NCBI GenBank assembly: GCA_965644315.1
Contig: CBFFRQ010000062.1
Span: 310,001-374,000 of the forward strand
DNA from: Caecitellus pseudoparvulus
Lineage: Eukaryota; Protista; Bigyra: Bicosoecida
Direction of reading: 5' to 3'
DNA: 64,000 nucleotides
Shown here one piece after another: positions 51,370 to 62,667 of the stretch (within the stretch, counting starts at the first letter, position 1; each line of letters starts with the position of its first letter). The notes below the pieces were generated by a model. That model searched no databases. It was not told the DNA's origin and was given only the letters and a program-made list of their open reading frames with translations. A program made the translations under genes and the position numbers.

Positions 51370-53722
51370 TCAGAAGTACGGGACAAGGTCAAAGTCAGCG
51401 GCGGCTGCTGCGTCACTGCTCACGGGCGCAGCACTGCGCAACGCATCCAGCAAGGCAGCGTCGGCAGGCTTGGGCACCGTCAGGAACTTCTTTGCGCCGC
51501 ACACTGTGACTGGGACACTGCAGTGGCGCCCGTCGGCGCCCGTCAACGAACAGTACACGGCGGCAGAGATGCCTTGCAGCACGTCAGGCGGGACGCTGTC
51601 GGCCACTTGCCGCGCAATGTCCGCGAGGCGGGCTGACGTGGAGCTGAGGTCTGCTGTAGCAGCGGCACTGCCGCCGTTCAGCGCCATGATTGCCATGCGG
51701 CACGCGACTCGCAGGAGCTCGGAGTCTGGGTACCGCCGCAAGACGTCCAGCATGACGCTGGCGGGCGACGCGCCTGGGGTTTTGCTCATGGAAGCCAGCA
51801 CTTGCGGGGGCGAATGGTCTCTGGCAAGCAGCAACTGGGACACTGCGTCCAGTTGTGCAGCTGCGTAGTCCATGGACTGCGCCGCCACCACGCGCCCTGT
51901 GCAGAGGATGTCGGAGATGTAAGTGGTTCGGGCCATGACCACGCTCGAGCCGGCATACCGCTCAAAGTGGCTGGTGGTCACGGCATAGAAGGGGCACACA
52001 GCGTGGCTGTCCTGGGCAGGCAGTCCGCCTGCTCCATCGCTGCCCGACCCCGCGCCTGCGCCCACTGCAGCGGACGCCGGCGTGCCGAGTGGGCCAGCGA
52101 GCTTGGGCGGCGTGGCGTGCGCCTTGCTCGGGCAGCGCGCAGTGGGAAGCCTGCGCACGAAGGCCATCTCGGTTTGAAAGGCGGACCAGCCTTTGTTTGC
52201 AGCAGAGATGAGGGCCAGGCACCTTGGGACGAGGGCAGCCGGGTGCTGCACGGATGACAGGCCAGTCTCGGCGTGTGCGCTGTCGAAGGTCATGCCAAAC
52301 AGGCGAGTGAGCGCGGCGTTGTACACTGCGGCCGCCATAGCAGGGCCCGGGAGCTCCTTCCCGGGCGTCGTCTCCACAGCCATCACGAAGGAGTTGCACG
52401 GCGTTTCTTCCGATGAAATGTGTCGGTGGTGCAGCGCCACCAGGTGCGGCGGCGGCGGCGGTGTGGCTCCCACAGAAAGGCTCTTGAGAAACGCCCGACA
52501 CGCACGAAGCGTGGCACCACACGCGCCGTCCAGGAGGCTCACCAGCGCCGGCCACCGGGAAATGAGGAAATCCAAGGGGGCTATGTTCTCCTGCACGGCA
52601 TCCTGGTACACTGCCGTGCCAGCTGCAGGTGTGCCGTACAGGCCGCCGTCTCGGGGAGCCGACACCACAACGTAGCCTGCCGGGACACGCACGACTTCAG
52701 CATCGTTGCTCCACGCGATGAGGGCGCCTGCGATGCCAGCCAGGGTCAGGTGCAAGCCATCGTAGTGCGCCAGGGGTCCCGGCAACAGGCCAGAGCTGTC
52801 TGCACGGCGAGCTGCGGCAGCTTGCAAGCCAGGCTCAAGCGCCTCCAAAAGCCGCACAGGCGCACCTCCCACCATGTTCGCCCCACGCAGCGCGCGCAGC
52901 AGGGCGACATCAGAAGCCTTGTGCAGAAGGGTGCCCAAACGAGTCGCAGCTTCGCCGCAGTCTACACCCTGGTCCCCCGCGTGCAGGAGCGCGAAGTGCC
53001 GGTTGAGCCTTCGCTCTGTCATGTGAGCAGAAGCCGCCGCAATTGAAATACGCTCATTCATGAGGTGCCCAAGATCTGTGCACGTGTCATGTGCAGCGGC
53101 AGACGCAGGCTGAGGCAGCTTGCAGGGCGACTCGGGCCCTGTGGGCGTGGAAGAAGCCGGGTTGCCTGCCAAAGAAGGGTGTCTGTCAGCCCTCACAACA
53201 GGCTCCTGGCTCCACTCAGCGCCTGAGGGCACTGCAACCGGCTCAGCGCTGCCAGCGCCCCCCGACCACCACGGAGACTCGCTTGACAGAGCAGTTGGCT
53301 TGCTGTCCAGGGTGATGTCGGCCTGCTGCTCCTTTACAAGCTGCTCAAAGTCGATGGCAGTGCCGGCTGCGGAAAACGCCCGGCGCTGCCCTCCTCCAGG
53401 GGTGCCGCTTTCGAAGCTTCCCTGTGGCAAGCAGCTCGGCGCGGCAGGGTGCAGGGCTGGGCTGCGGGAGCCCATGCATCAACTCTGTCCCTTGGCCAGG
53501 GAGCTGCCCCCCAAGCCGGGCACAGCGAAGGCGCACAGTTCACACACTGCCTGATCGGCGTGCACGACAGGCACTCACCTGGTCACGAGCAGCAGCCACA
53601 TGTGCAACTGGCAGCCAGTCCACCTCGCCATCCCATGCGTCAGTGCTGCACCGTCGAGCCTTGAGGCTATGTTGGGGCAGCCCACTGGGTCCCTGGCGGT
53701 CCAGGCTTCGCGTGCGCTTCAT
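51370..53722 (-). CDS. Uncharacterised PAS-like domain protein, paralogue B, ~731 aa; proposed join(53722..53579,53421..51370), alternative unspliced start 53475
   Basis: The main ORF is homologous to A and C. A consensus CAG|GTGAGT donor at 53578 and a TTGCCACAG acceptor at 53422 add an in-frame exon beginning MKRTRS. Confidence 0.75.
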
Positions 53723-54603
53723 GCTGGCAACGCCAAATGCCGCCTCCTTCCAGCCGGCTCTGCGACACGCAGCACAGCTGCCGGGCCAGCGCACCACACC
53801 ACGGCCACGCTCTGTGTACACGGGTTGCCACGACTTGAGCGTGCCTGTCTTGCATTGGAGGTGCCGGCTGTCAGGCAGAGCACGCTTGTCGCGCAGAGTG
53901 GTGTTTTGCGGTACGTTCCAGAATGCAGCACCTGCCCCAAAGCGGAAGGGGCACTGCGCACCCAAAACGCCACGGGGTGCGTGGCCTACGCCGAGAGTCC
54001 AAAGTCCTCCTCGGCTGTGCGCCGTGAGGGGCAAAGTCACAGGTTTGCAGGTGCTGGAATGCTGTGCATGGATGGGCGCCACGTCCGACCAGCAAAGTTG
54101 CAGCGCTGTGGGACGAATGGGGCAGGGCATTCATCAATGCTGGTATGAACCTGCTGCTTTAGGTGGCCAACGGCGTGTGCTCGCTCAGGCGGCGCCCACG
54201 CGTCAGTGGCCGCAGTACTGCGCCGACCCACTGTGAATGCCGTGGTCTGCTGCGCCGAAGTGCAGTGCACCTCACCTCCGCCACGTCTGGAGACGCCAGT
54301 GGTCGGCAAAAGCAGCGGCCGCGCTGCCGAGGCGCGGATTCAGCTCCTAAATTGGATACACGTGTGGGGGTCTGATGGTGTCGTGGGGCTGGCGTGTTCT
54401 GTGGACATGAGCAGGTGACGTGAGAGAGGCTGCGACGACCACGCCACCTCTTCCTTGGGCTGTGCCTGGCGGCGATGTCAAGACACAGGGGCCCTGGAGC
54501 GGCCGCCAAGACCACCAAGCACAAGGCATCGCGCCCTCTTGGTCGTAAGACGGAGGCGTTAAGCCGCTTGGCCCTTACTGAGTGTGCGTGCAGAAGCAGC
54601 AGG

Positions 54604-56685
54604 TCACGAGGGTGGCTGGTCCACGGGCTGCGCCCTCGCGTAGTCTGCCGCAGTGCCTGCAATGGTGATGGCGCCACTCACCAGCGTGGGCCAGTCTGGA
54701 GGGGTGCCTGAAGCGTGGGACGCCTCAGCCTGGCGAACCATGGCCAACAGCGCTGCGCCGCCGAGTGTTGGCATGGGCAGAGTAAACTTGCGACCTGCAA
54801 TGCACATGAGGATGGAAGGGCAGGACCCTCCACCAGTGACCAGTGTGTGCAACTTGGCCATTTCACTTGCCACGCGTGCAGCATCGGCACTGCTGTGCAG
54901 GAGCGCTCCCAAATGCGCCGCCCGCGCGATGTGCCCATCCACCTCCGCAGACTGCTGCTCTGGCTCCGAGTGCCCTGCCCGCCCCCCCAACAACAACAAG
55001 TTTAAACGAATGCGCACCCGCACAGAGTCCAGGTCAGGCGGCAGGAGCGCCAGTGCTGCTGCAGGCGGCAGGCCTGTGGACCGGCACAGCATGCCCACTT
55101 CCATGGGCAGTGCCTGCATCTCCGCATGCTGGCCGCTCCCACCGCCCAGCAGCAACTGCGCGATGGCGTCCATTTGCGCGCCTGCGAAGTCCAGGCTCGT
55201 CTCACTCACAGGTTGCTTGCTCATGACGACGTCGGACAGGAACATGACCTTGGCAAAGGGGGTGCCGTCCTTAAAACGCTCCACAAAGCTGGTCTCCACG
55301 GCGAAAAACGGCACATACGAGATGGCCGCCGGGCCGGCCGAGGCAGCCGCCGCCACGCTCTGCGCAGGCAGCATGCGCAGGAAGAGTCCTTCAAACTGAA
55401 ACGCGTCAAGCCGTGCCGCAGCTGCTGCAAACTGCGCCAGGCACCGGCGCACAAGAGACTGCGGGTGCAGCCAGCGGTCCACACCAGACACGGTTTGGGG
55501 CTGCTGCACACTGGCCCCCAGCAAGTCCACGGCAGCCTGGTTGTACATCTTGCTCTGGATGACCGTGGCGTTGTGGGCTATGGAGAAGAACAGCATGGGC
55601 GTCGTCTCCGCGCCGTTGTGGTGGTGCAGCAGCTCCAGCAGTGGGCCAGGTAGCAACGGCTTGGCGCCGGCCGACACCGCATGCACCCACGCCGAGATCG
55701 CATCCAGATCATGCCGTGTAACGCTCTCAAACACCCGGGGCAGGTGGGGCCACCGGTCCAGCAGAAACGCCAAGTCAATGCGGTGCTGCCCGATGCCCTC
55801 GCTTGGGCCGGTGGCCGAATGCCCCAGGTGGCCGCTGCCACGGGGGGCTGACATGCCTCCCCCCGCTAGGCTGGTGTGCAGGACTGCCGCCGGAGACTGC
55901 ACGACTGGGTGGCCCACCGGGCACGTCACGTGCAAGTGCCCCTCGCTCCACGCGATGAGAGCGCTGGCCAGCCCCAAAGTGGTGAGGTGCAGGCCATCGA
56001 ACGCACTGGCCAAGAGAGGGGGCGGCGGCAAGGGTCTTGGGTGCACGGCCGCGCTGAGGCAGTGCCGCAGCAGTGCAGGACGAAGGTGTGGCAGCGCGCC
56101 GTCCAGCAAGCGGAGCGGGGGTGCTGCGTTGCCGCGCAGCAGGCGCTGCAGGTGCTGGGGTGCCGAGGGTGCCTGCAGCAACGCCAGGAGGCGGTCCACG
56201 AAGCCCTCCACGTCAATGCCCACGCTAGAGCCATGCGTAATGAAGAAGCCCCGGTTAAAGCGGTGCTCTGGCTGGCAGGCCCAGGTCGCTCCCGCCATGG
56301 CTTCCCGCCGGCACGCGTTGAGCAGCTGCTGAGCCCGCCGCTGCGCCGAAGCCTCGTCAGCCTGGTCGAGTGGACCAGTGGCACAGCAAGCGCACTGCAG
56401 ATCATCGCACGGGGTGTGGAGGGAATCACAGCTTGAGCTGCATGCGCTCGCGGCGTCTGGTGCTTCGCCTTGCCCGCCCTCCCCCGAGGCAGTCTGTGCA
56501 GACAACGCCAGGCGTGGTGGAGAGAGGGCTGGCATGTGCACTGCACCACGCAGGCCACTCACTCGTCGGGATTTTCGTCTGGAATCGGGGACAGCGGCCT
56601 CGCAATCGAAGCACTCCGCCTCGCGGCCTCGTTTCGAGGGCCCGACTCCTGCTTGCCTGGCTGAACCGCGCCGTTCAGAGCTCAT
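54604..56685 (-). CDS. Uncharacterised PAS-like domain protein, paralogue C, ~693 aa
   Basis: ORF homologous to A and B. The N-terminus is basic (PSKRGR, RRKSRR) and Cys-rich. Confidence 0.8.
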   Translation of the reverse strand: MSSERRGSARQAGVGPSKRGREAECFDCEAAVPDSRRKSRRVSGLRGAVHMPALSPPRLALSAQTASGEGGQGEAPDAASACSSSCDSLHTPCDDLQCACCATGPLDQADEASAQRRAQQLLNACRREAMAGATWACQPEHRFNRGFFITHGSSVGIDVEGFVDRLLALLQAPSAPQHLQRLLRGNAAPPLRLLDGALPHLRPALLRHCLSAAVHPRPLPPPPLLASAFDGLHLTTLGLASALIAWSEGHLHVTCPVGHPVVQSPAAVLHTSLAGGGMSAPRGSGHLGHSATGPSEGIGQHRIDLAFLLDRWPHLPRVFESVTRHDLDAISAWVHAVSAGAKPLLPGPLLELLHHHNGAETTPMLFFSIAHNATVIQSKMYNQAAVDLLGASVQQPQTVSGVDRWLHPQSLVRRCLAQFAAAAARLDAFQFEGLFLRMLPAQSVAAAASAGPAAISYVPFFAVETSFVERFKDGTPFAKVMFLSDVVMSKQPVSETSLDFAGAQMDAIAQLLLGGGSGQHAEMQALPMEVGMLCRSTGLPPAAALALLPPDLDSVRVRIRLNLLLLGGRAGHSEPEQQSAEVDGHIARAAHLGALLHSSADAARVASEMAKLHTLVTGGGSCPSILMCIAGRKFTLPMPTLGGAALLAMVRQAEASHASGTPPDWPTLVSGAITIAGTAADYARAQPVDQPPS

Positions 56686-57033
56686 GGTGCCGGGCAAGCC
56701 TGCGCTCGGTGGCACACCCAGCCCAGAGCACAAACCGCATGCCAAAACCTACAGCCCTGCGTGCCAAGCCGACTGAGCCCGTGGAGGCAGGATCTGCTGT
56801 GTAGCGCAGGAGTGTTCCTGGCCGCAGCAAATGCTCGTGCAGAGCTGGTGGGTGTGTACGCTTTGAGCTTTAGCACATGCTTCCCCAGCCCTGGTCAGGC
56901 CTGGCTGAGCGTCACGGGTCAAACACCGCGCCGGATCGCCCCTGAACACCGTCCATGGCGCAAGAGGTGCATTTTTGCGCTGAAAAGGGACACGCACAGG
57001 CCCAGGCAAGCTGGGCGGATGTGGGCGAGGTGC

Positions 57034-59940
57034 TCAACCACTCGCTGCCCCACCCGAGCTCGGCGGCGGCGGCGGCGGAGACTCGCCCACAGCGGCTGGG
57101 ACAGCTGCCCCATCAGCTCCCAGCGTGGCATCTTTGGCCAGTTGGCCTTCAAGTGTTTTCAGGCCCGCTGCGATGTCATCTTCCAGCGCCTGCCGCAAGT
57201 TCTCCGCCTCCCCCTCCGAGCCCAACTCTGATGCAGAGCGCACCATTCGGCAGAAGTCAACTTCGCACCAACACCCGTGCATGCTAAACTCCGTCCCCCA
57301 CGTCTCTGCTCCCACATCCGTCAGGCCACTCACTACTTCAAATGCGCAGCACAGACACTCATAAGCAGCTTCGCGGTCGGGAGGGGGCACACGTACAACC
57401 TCCTGAGCCCACGCCTGAGCCATGCTCGCTAACAGCACGCTTGGATACAACTGAAAGACTTCCACGCACCTCAGGCACGCTGCTGCGGCGCCCGCGCTGC
57501 CGGGCGAGGCAAAGTCCTCACTCCGCGGAGCCTGCAGAAGAACTTGCGCCACCGCCCTGCAAGCATGGACGTACGCCTCGGGAAATGCCCAGCCCTCCTG
57601 CATCTGGGCAGCAATTCTGGCTTCAAATTGTGACAGGAGGCGGGGCACGCTAGATGCCAGAAGGGCCTCAGGGGCTGGAGTGGCTTCGGCAACTGAAGCG
57701 GCTTCGGCAGCTGCAGCGGCTTCGGCAGCTGCAGCGGCTTCGGCAGCTGCAGGAGTTCGTGGGGCCAGCAGGGTAGCGTAAACCTGCAGCGACCTAGGCA
57801 GGGCGAGCCCTGCTTGCAGCTGCAGCTGCAAGGGCCACGTAGAGGTGTCCAGGTCGCCAGCAACGTTCCCTTCCATGTATCCCTTAAAGTCCTCGCCTAC
57901 AAGCAGTGTAGTTGCGAGGAACAGTACCAAGCCGCAGTCCTGGGCCAGCCCCCAATCGCCGGGGGGGATGCAGCTCCACAGACACTCCATCAAGTTGGTG
58001 AGCGATACACCCCCATCAAAGATTGCCTCATTGATGCTCTGCGCCACATCCTCAGCCACGTGCTGCAATTTGCTCAAGGAAATGATCCGCCTCACAGGTG
58101 CCGCGTCCGCCGCTTGCCCAGTTGCGGTGTTCAACAGGCTTGTATGCTGTGCAGCTGCCCAGTCTGGGTACAAAGTTCTAGCCTGCTCCTGTGTCACGTA
58201 GCCTTTCAGCACCGACAGATCAATGGGCTTGAGGCTTGCCAAGCAGCGAGTGCGGGCTGGGGAGGTCTTGCCTGAACGAGCACCCGTGGCCAGCTCCCCC
58301 CACAGGTGCGGGAGCAGCTGTTCAAGGAATTCCTCCCGTTCCCCTTCTACCTCTGCGAGTGCCAGCAGGCTGGCGTGGAGGTGGTCCATAAGACTGTCCC
58401 AGTCCTCAGCAATGAAATCCGGCTCGGGAGCCTGCACCCTTTCTGGAGACACCAGGTATTTCGCCGCCCTTGCCAGCTGCTGCGCCGTCCAGGTTGGAGG
58501 TGTTGGCGAAGGTGGTGTTGGAGGTGCAGGCCCGGGTGCAGGCCCTGGTCTGGGTGCAGGCCCTGGTCCGGGTGCAGGCCCTGGCCCAGGTGCAGGCTCT
58601 GGCGCGGGTGTAGGTGCAGGTGCAGGCCCGGGTGTAGGTGCAGGCTCTGGCCCTGGTCCGGGTGCAGGCCCGGGTGCAGGCTCTGGCGCGGGTGTAGGTG
58701 CAGGTGCAGGCCCAGGTGCAGGCCCTGGTCCGGGTGTAGGTGCAGGCTCTGGCGCGGGTGAAGGTGCAGGCTCTGGCGCGGGTGTAGGTGCAGGCTCTGG
58801 CGCGGGTGTAGGTGCAGGCTCTGGCGCGGGTGTAGGTGCAGGCTCTGGCGCGGGTGTAGGTGCAGGCTCTGGCGCGGGTGTAGGTGCAGGCTCTGGCGCG
58901 GGTGTAGGTGCAGGCTCTGGCGCGGGTGCTGGGGGTGCTGGAGGTGTTGGCCAAGGCACTGGTGCAGGCCTAGGTGGCATCGAAACCGCGGGAATGCTCA
59001 GTGGGGGAGCAGGGTTGGGTGCAGGCGGCTGGGGGGGTGGTGCGGTGGGCAGGGTGGCCGGGTTCCAGCCAACGAAGGGCCGGTACACGCCACCCATAAA
59101 ATTCAGCGGCACGTAGACCCTCAGTCGGGGGTGGAGCACCAGTGTTCCGCCGTGTCTGAAGCGGAGGACCTGAGTGACGACGAGGGTGCCGTTGCCGCTG
59201 GGGATGTAACACCGGAAGGTGTTGATGTCGAAGTACACGCCGATGATGTCGTCACGGCGAATGGTGATTTCCCGCCCGTCCCTCGTGAACGACAACTCCC
59301 GGTGCTCTATACCACTTGAATCAACGAGCATGTGGTCAGGCCTTCGAAAGCTCAGGTGCATATGGGCGAGCTGTGTGTCGGAAATCGGCTCAAGGTCCGT
59401 GTCTGGCGGTGCTTCCTTGTGCTCCGACGCGCCACCGTCAGCGTGGGCGGGGTGAGTAGTCGAGGTGATCCGGTCACCACTCAGCCTTGCTGCAGGTGAT
59501 GCCTGAGCCTGTCTACCGCCTTGCGCTGCGGCGTCCACCCACTTGCCTTCCCCCGTTCTCGGATTGACTTGGTACGTCCAGCAGCTTTCCTCACAGCGCC
59601 ACACACCATCAACCAGCGTGAACAGGACTTCAGTGTCTTTGTCTGGCGGATGCAAGAAGTATTCACCTTCAAAGAGGCCAACATCATGTGAAAGGATACG
59701 GCCACTCGCCGCATGGACGTAGCCCCGAATGGCTTCGTGCCAATGGACGACCTGGTCCTGCTCAGGGGTAGGCACGACGTTGCCTTTCTGAGTAAAGACC
59801 ATGCCCGGGACAAGGTTGAAGTTCATGACCTTCTGCGATCCCCGACTTTTCGTGATCCAACCATCCTCCCGTAGCTTCATGGCATTGGCAAGCCACTCGG
59901 GGTGGCGAGGTGAACCATGCCCGCCACCGCTGCCCGCCAT
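57034..59940 (-). CDS. Hypothetical protein, 968 aa: aromatic/beta-rich N-terminal region, PAPEPAPT linker, helical C-terminal region
   Basis: Uninterrupted ATG-initiated ORF with protein-like composition; no family recognised. Confidence 0.7.
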   Translation of the reverse strand: MAGSGGGHGSPRHPEWLANAMKLREDGWITKSRGSQKVMNFNLVPGMVFTQKGNVVPTPEQDQVVHWHEAIRGYVHAASGRILSHDVGLFEGEYFLHPPDKDTEVLFTLVDGVWRCEESCWTYQVNPRTGEGKWVDAAAQGGRQAQASPAARLSGDRITSTTHPAHADGGASEHKEAPPDTDLEPISDTQLAHMHLSFRRPDHMLVDSSGIEHRELSFTRDGREITIRRDDIIGVYFDINTFRCYIPSGNGTLVVTQVLRFRHGGTLVLHPRLRVYVPLNFMGGVYRPFVGWNPATLPTAPPPQPPAPNPAPPLSIPAVSMPPRPAPVPWPTPPAPPAPAPEPAPTPAPEPAPTPAPEPAPTPAPEPAPTPAPEPAPTPAPEPAPTPAPEPAPSPAPEPAPTPGPGPAPGPAPAPTPAPEPAPGPAPGPGPEPAPTPGPAPAPTPAPEPAPGPGPAPGPGPAPRPGPAPGPAPPTPPSPTPPTWTAQQLARAAKYLVSPERVQAPEPDFIAEDWDSLMDHLHASLLALAEVEGEREEFLEQLLPHLWGELATGARSGKTSPARTRCLASLKPIDLSVLKGYVTQEQARTLYPDWAAAQHTSLLNTATGQAADAAPVRRIISLSKLQHVAEDVAQSINEAIFDGGVSLTNLMECLWSCIPPGDWGLAQDCGLVLFLATTLLVGEDFKGYMEGNVAGDLDTSTWPLQLQLQAGLALPRSLQVYATLLAPRTPAAAEAAAAAEAAAAAEAASVAEATPAPEALLASSVPRLLSQFEARIAAQMQEGWAFPEAYVHACRAVAQVLLQAPRSEDFASPGSAGAAAACLRCVEVFQLYPSVLLASMAQAWAQEVVRVPPPDREAAYECLCCAFEVVSGLTDVGAETWGTEFSMHGCWCEVDFCRMVRSASELGSEGEAENLRQALEDDIAAGLKTLEGQLAKDATLGADGAAVPAAVGESPPPPPPSSGGAASG
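57682..57753. repeat. 18-bp tandem repeat x4 (ggcttcggcagctgcagc), encoding AAAAEA
   Basis: Read directly; units start at 57682, 57700, 57718 and 57736. Confidence 0.9.
58522..58924. repeat. Coding minisatellite: 8 near-identical 24-bp units (ggtgtaggtgcaggctctggcgcg, 58733-58924) plus degenerate flank
   Basis: Read directly; it encodes (PAPEPAPT)n on the minus strand, with one variant unit at 58757. Confidence 0.95.
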
Positions 59941-60340
59941 GCCTCACTCGGAACCCAAAGAACGCTGTGAAAGTTCAAGGGGTGGCTGTGAGAGCGTGCC
60001 GCATACCCTGAGTCGCCCAGCCGCGTCGCAAAGGCTCAACACGGGTGCTCTGAATCTGGCAAGCACTGGCGCTAAGTGCAGCAGATGCAAGTTGGCTTCG
60101 AGAGGGTGCCAACCTCGGGCAACAGGCAGGCGCATAGAGAGGGTGAAAAACTAAGGCACTGATGCACTTACTTGGAGAGCGATGGCGAGGTGCGCGCAGT
60201 ACGAGCAAGGCGTGTCGCAAGTGCGTCGGACAGCCCCCAAGCGTCGGAAGTGCAAGGAGGCCTCAACAAGCACAAGCTGCCTGTGCCACAAGCATGGGTG
60301 TGATAAACTCAACACACACATACCTGTGGCCTGTCCAGCA

Positions 60341-60361
60341 GCACTTCGGGGCCCGAAGTGC
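60341..60361. promoter_or_regulatory. Perfect inverted repeat GCACTTCGGG-G-CCCGAAGTGC in a divergent intergenic region
   Basis: The 10-bp arms with a 1-nt spacer are seen directly; a regulatory role is inference. Confidence 0.35.
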
Positions 60362-60594
60362 GTTGAGTATTGTGGGTTGACGTTGATTGTTGCTGTGTGG
60401 TGATTGGGGCCGCGTTGCGTTCGACGGCACCGCTGAGTTTGCCCTCCGCACAGCGCCCCGTGCGGTCCCAAGCTTGTCTACCCTAATAAACTGCACGGGC
60501 TCTGAGTGGCCGGCCCTCTCTTTCGGCGCTGCTCCGCACAGCGCGAAAGAGCTGCCGGCGGGAGGCTCAGCGAAACACCACTGAAACGCCAGGA

Positions 60595-62433
60595 ATGTAC
60601 GCCTACACCGTTCGCCGGCACTCGCAGCAGGCCCTCCTGCGCTGGACAGTGTACGCTGCTGCTGGTTTGTGTTGCTTGGGCTTCAGTTTGCCTGCCCCTT
60701 ACTTTCCCAAGTGCGTCGTGCAGGGCAGCCGGCGTCGCTGCATGCTGTGCCCCGCGCTGGACACAGTCCACCCTGCCCCCCCCTCAGGTGGATCCTGGAC
60801 ATCAGTGGCCGCGCTCCATACATCAGCGTTGTGTTTGGGGCGTATGGCGCTGCCACACTCATCTTGGCCCCCATCGTGCTCTTCACCATGCGCTTCGTGC
60901 GGCCGAGAATCGTGGCGGTGCTTGGAGCGTTGGTGGCCAGCTGTGCTACCGTCATTCTGGGCCTGACCCAGGGCCTGCAGCACAGCAGCCAGATGGAAGT
61001 GGCCCGCCTGATCACGCTAGCCGCCTGCATGCGTGGGCTGCAAGGGGCAGCAGGCACGGCTGTCGTGCTGGCGGGGTTCACCACCATGGCTGCCGCGTAC
61101 GAGGTGCGGGTGGAGGAGCTGCCCCGTCACATCGGTATTACGCAGGTGTTCGCCGTGCTGGGCTTGATGGTGGGGCCCCCTGCAGGCGGCCTCATCAACG
61201 CGCCTGACCTCGCGACGGGCCTGCCTGAGTACGTCGTCGCCTGTGTGTGGTTGGTGCTGGTGGGGGGCGTGGTGGCTGCGTGGCCTGACATCCCCCCCAC
61301 CGCCCAGCCCCTGGACTCCGGCACCTTCCACATCCTGCAAAGCCTGACCCCAGACTCGCCCCGGAGGCGAGGGGCAGTGGCGGAGCGGGTGTCCCCACCT
61401 GCACAGCATGACCCGTGGGGCGCAGGCAGTGACGCCGGCCACGGGCACAACGGTGTCGTGGCGTCGCTGCAAGTGCGGTCGCTGGCGGGGGACGCAGTGG
61501 TGGTAAGGTGTGGCAGTGTGCTGGGGAACTTCTACATTTGCACGCTGTGCCTCTGCGCGTGCCTGGTGCTGGCTGCGGTGTGTTTCCTCATGCCCACGTA
61601 CCAACTGCATCTTCTGCGAGTGAGATGTCGCCAGCCGCGCCCGTGCCCCGCCTGCACCCCGCACGCGAGCCACACACCCACCCACGCCACAGGACTACCG
61701 TTTTTCTGCTGCTGTCATTGGCCTCATGTTCGGCATGATGACGTCAGCGTACTTGATGGCAGCTGCAGCGTACGTAAATGCGGGTGCGACTGTTCCACTG
61801 CACGTTGGCGGCACAGCGATCGTCGTCGCCGGCGTGCTGACGGCAGCAGGTGGGTACATGCTGCTGGCACCCGTGTCGCCGCTGCCTGCAACTGTGCCGC
61901 TGCAGATCCTGGCTCTGGTGGCGGTGGGTGGCGGCACGTGCCTGAGCGTTGTGCCAGTCGTGCCCATCATTCTGTCAGACACACTGCACCTGGGCGGGGG
62001 CGTGGTGGAGGTGGTGTTCCACACAATGTGGTACATCATGGCACTGGCCCAGGTGCTGGGGCCCCTGGTCCTCGGCACGGGGCAGGGCGAACGGGCGGAT
62101 GAGTTCCCCAACTTGGCTATCCTCGCTGCGCTGCTGCTGGGCACCGCCGCTGTGCTGCTCGTCATCACCGGAGCAGCCACGCGGCGCTTCAAGCGCGGGT
62201 GCTGCACGTCTCTCTGGGCGATCTCCGTCGTCGGGTGCATGCAAGTCGTGTGTTGCATCGACGATGCAGATGCCGGGGCGCTGGGGGAGCGAGACGTTGG
62301 CCAGCCCGCTTCAAGCGGGCAGCCGCAACGCCGCACGGTGTCCTTTGAGCCCACAGTGGAAGGGCCCACGCGCGAAGTGCCTCCCAGCGCAGGTGACACT
62401 CAGGAGAGTGGCGCTCGTCTGATCTTCTTGTGA
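60595..62433 (+). CDS. MFS transporter (SLC18B1/DHA1-like), ~562 aa; join(60595..60710,60788..61619,61693..62433)
   Basis: Two phase-consistent introns (77 and 73 nt) stitch three ORF fragments together. About 12 hydrophobic helices; MRGLQGAAG, LGLMVGPPAGG and a second-half AQVLGPLVLG. Confidence 0.8.
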
Positions 62434-62667
62434 TGCCTGACTTGCGTTTCCCACGCAGCGCCAGGGCAGACTGCCTCACGCTTGCGGAAAGCCAGCCCAG
62501 CACAGAGAGCTGCGTGCGCTCAAATTCAGTGTTAAAGACGGTGCTTGTGGCTGGCTTCGGCGATATTGTTTGCCATTTGAGCCCCGCTGCGTGACTGCGG
62601 TCGTGCACCCGCTACACCCAGCCTCGCGTGCCTGGCGTTTCATCCCAACAGTCTGCCCTTGTCAGTC

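Noticed and set aside
48925-55600. LOV photoreceptor/aureochrome assignment for the paralogue trio
   Set aside because: No NCRFLQ motif and no bZIP region.
58522-58924. CRISPR-like repeat array
   Set aside because: Head-to-tail units without unique spacers, in frame in a eukaryotic CDS, and no cas genes.
58223-59116. Gly/Ala-rich silk/elastin-like ORF (GAGVGAGS)n
   Set aside because: Reverse complement of the PAPEPAPT repeat within the longer minus-strand gene.
60165-60330. U1 snRNA (ACTTACTTGG resembles the U1 5' end)
   Set aside because: No U1 stem-loop motifs or Sm site follow; better explained as the reverse complement of a 5' splice site.
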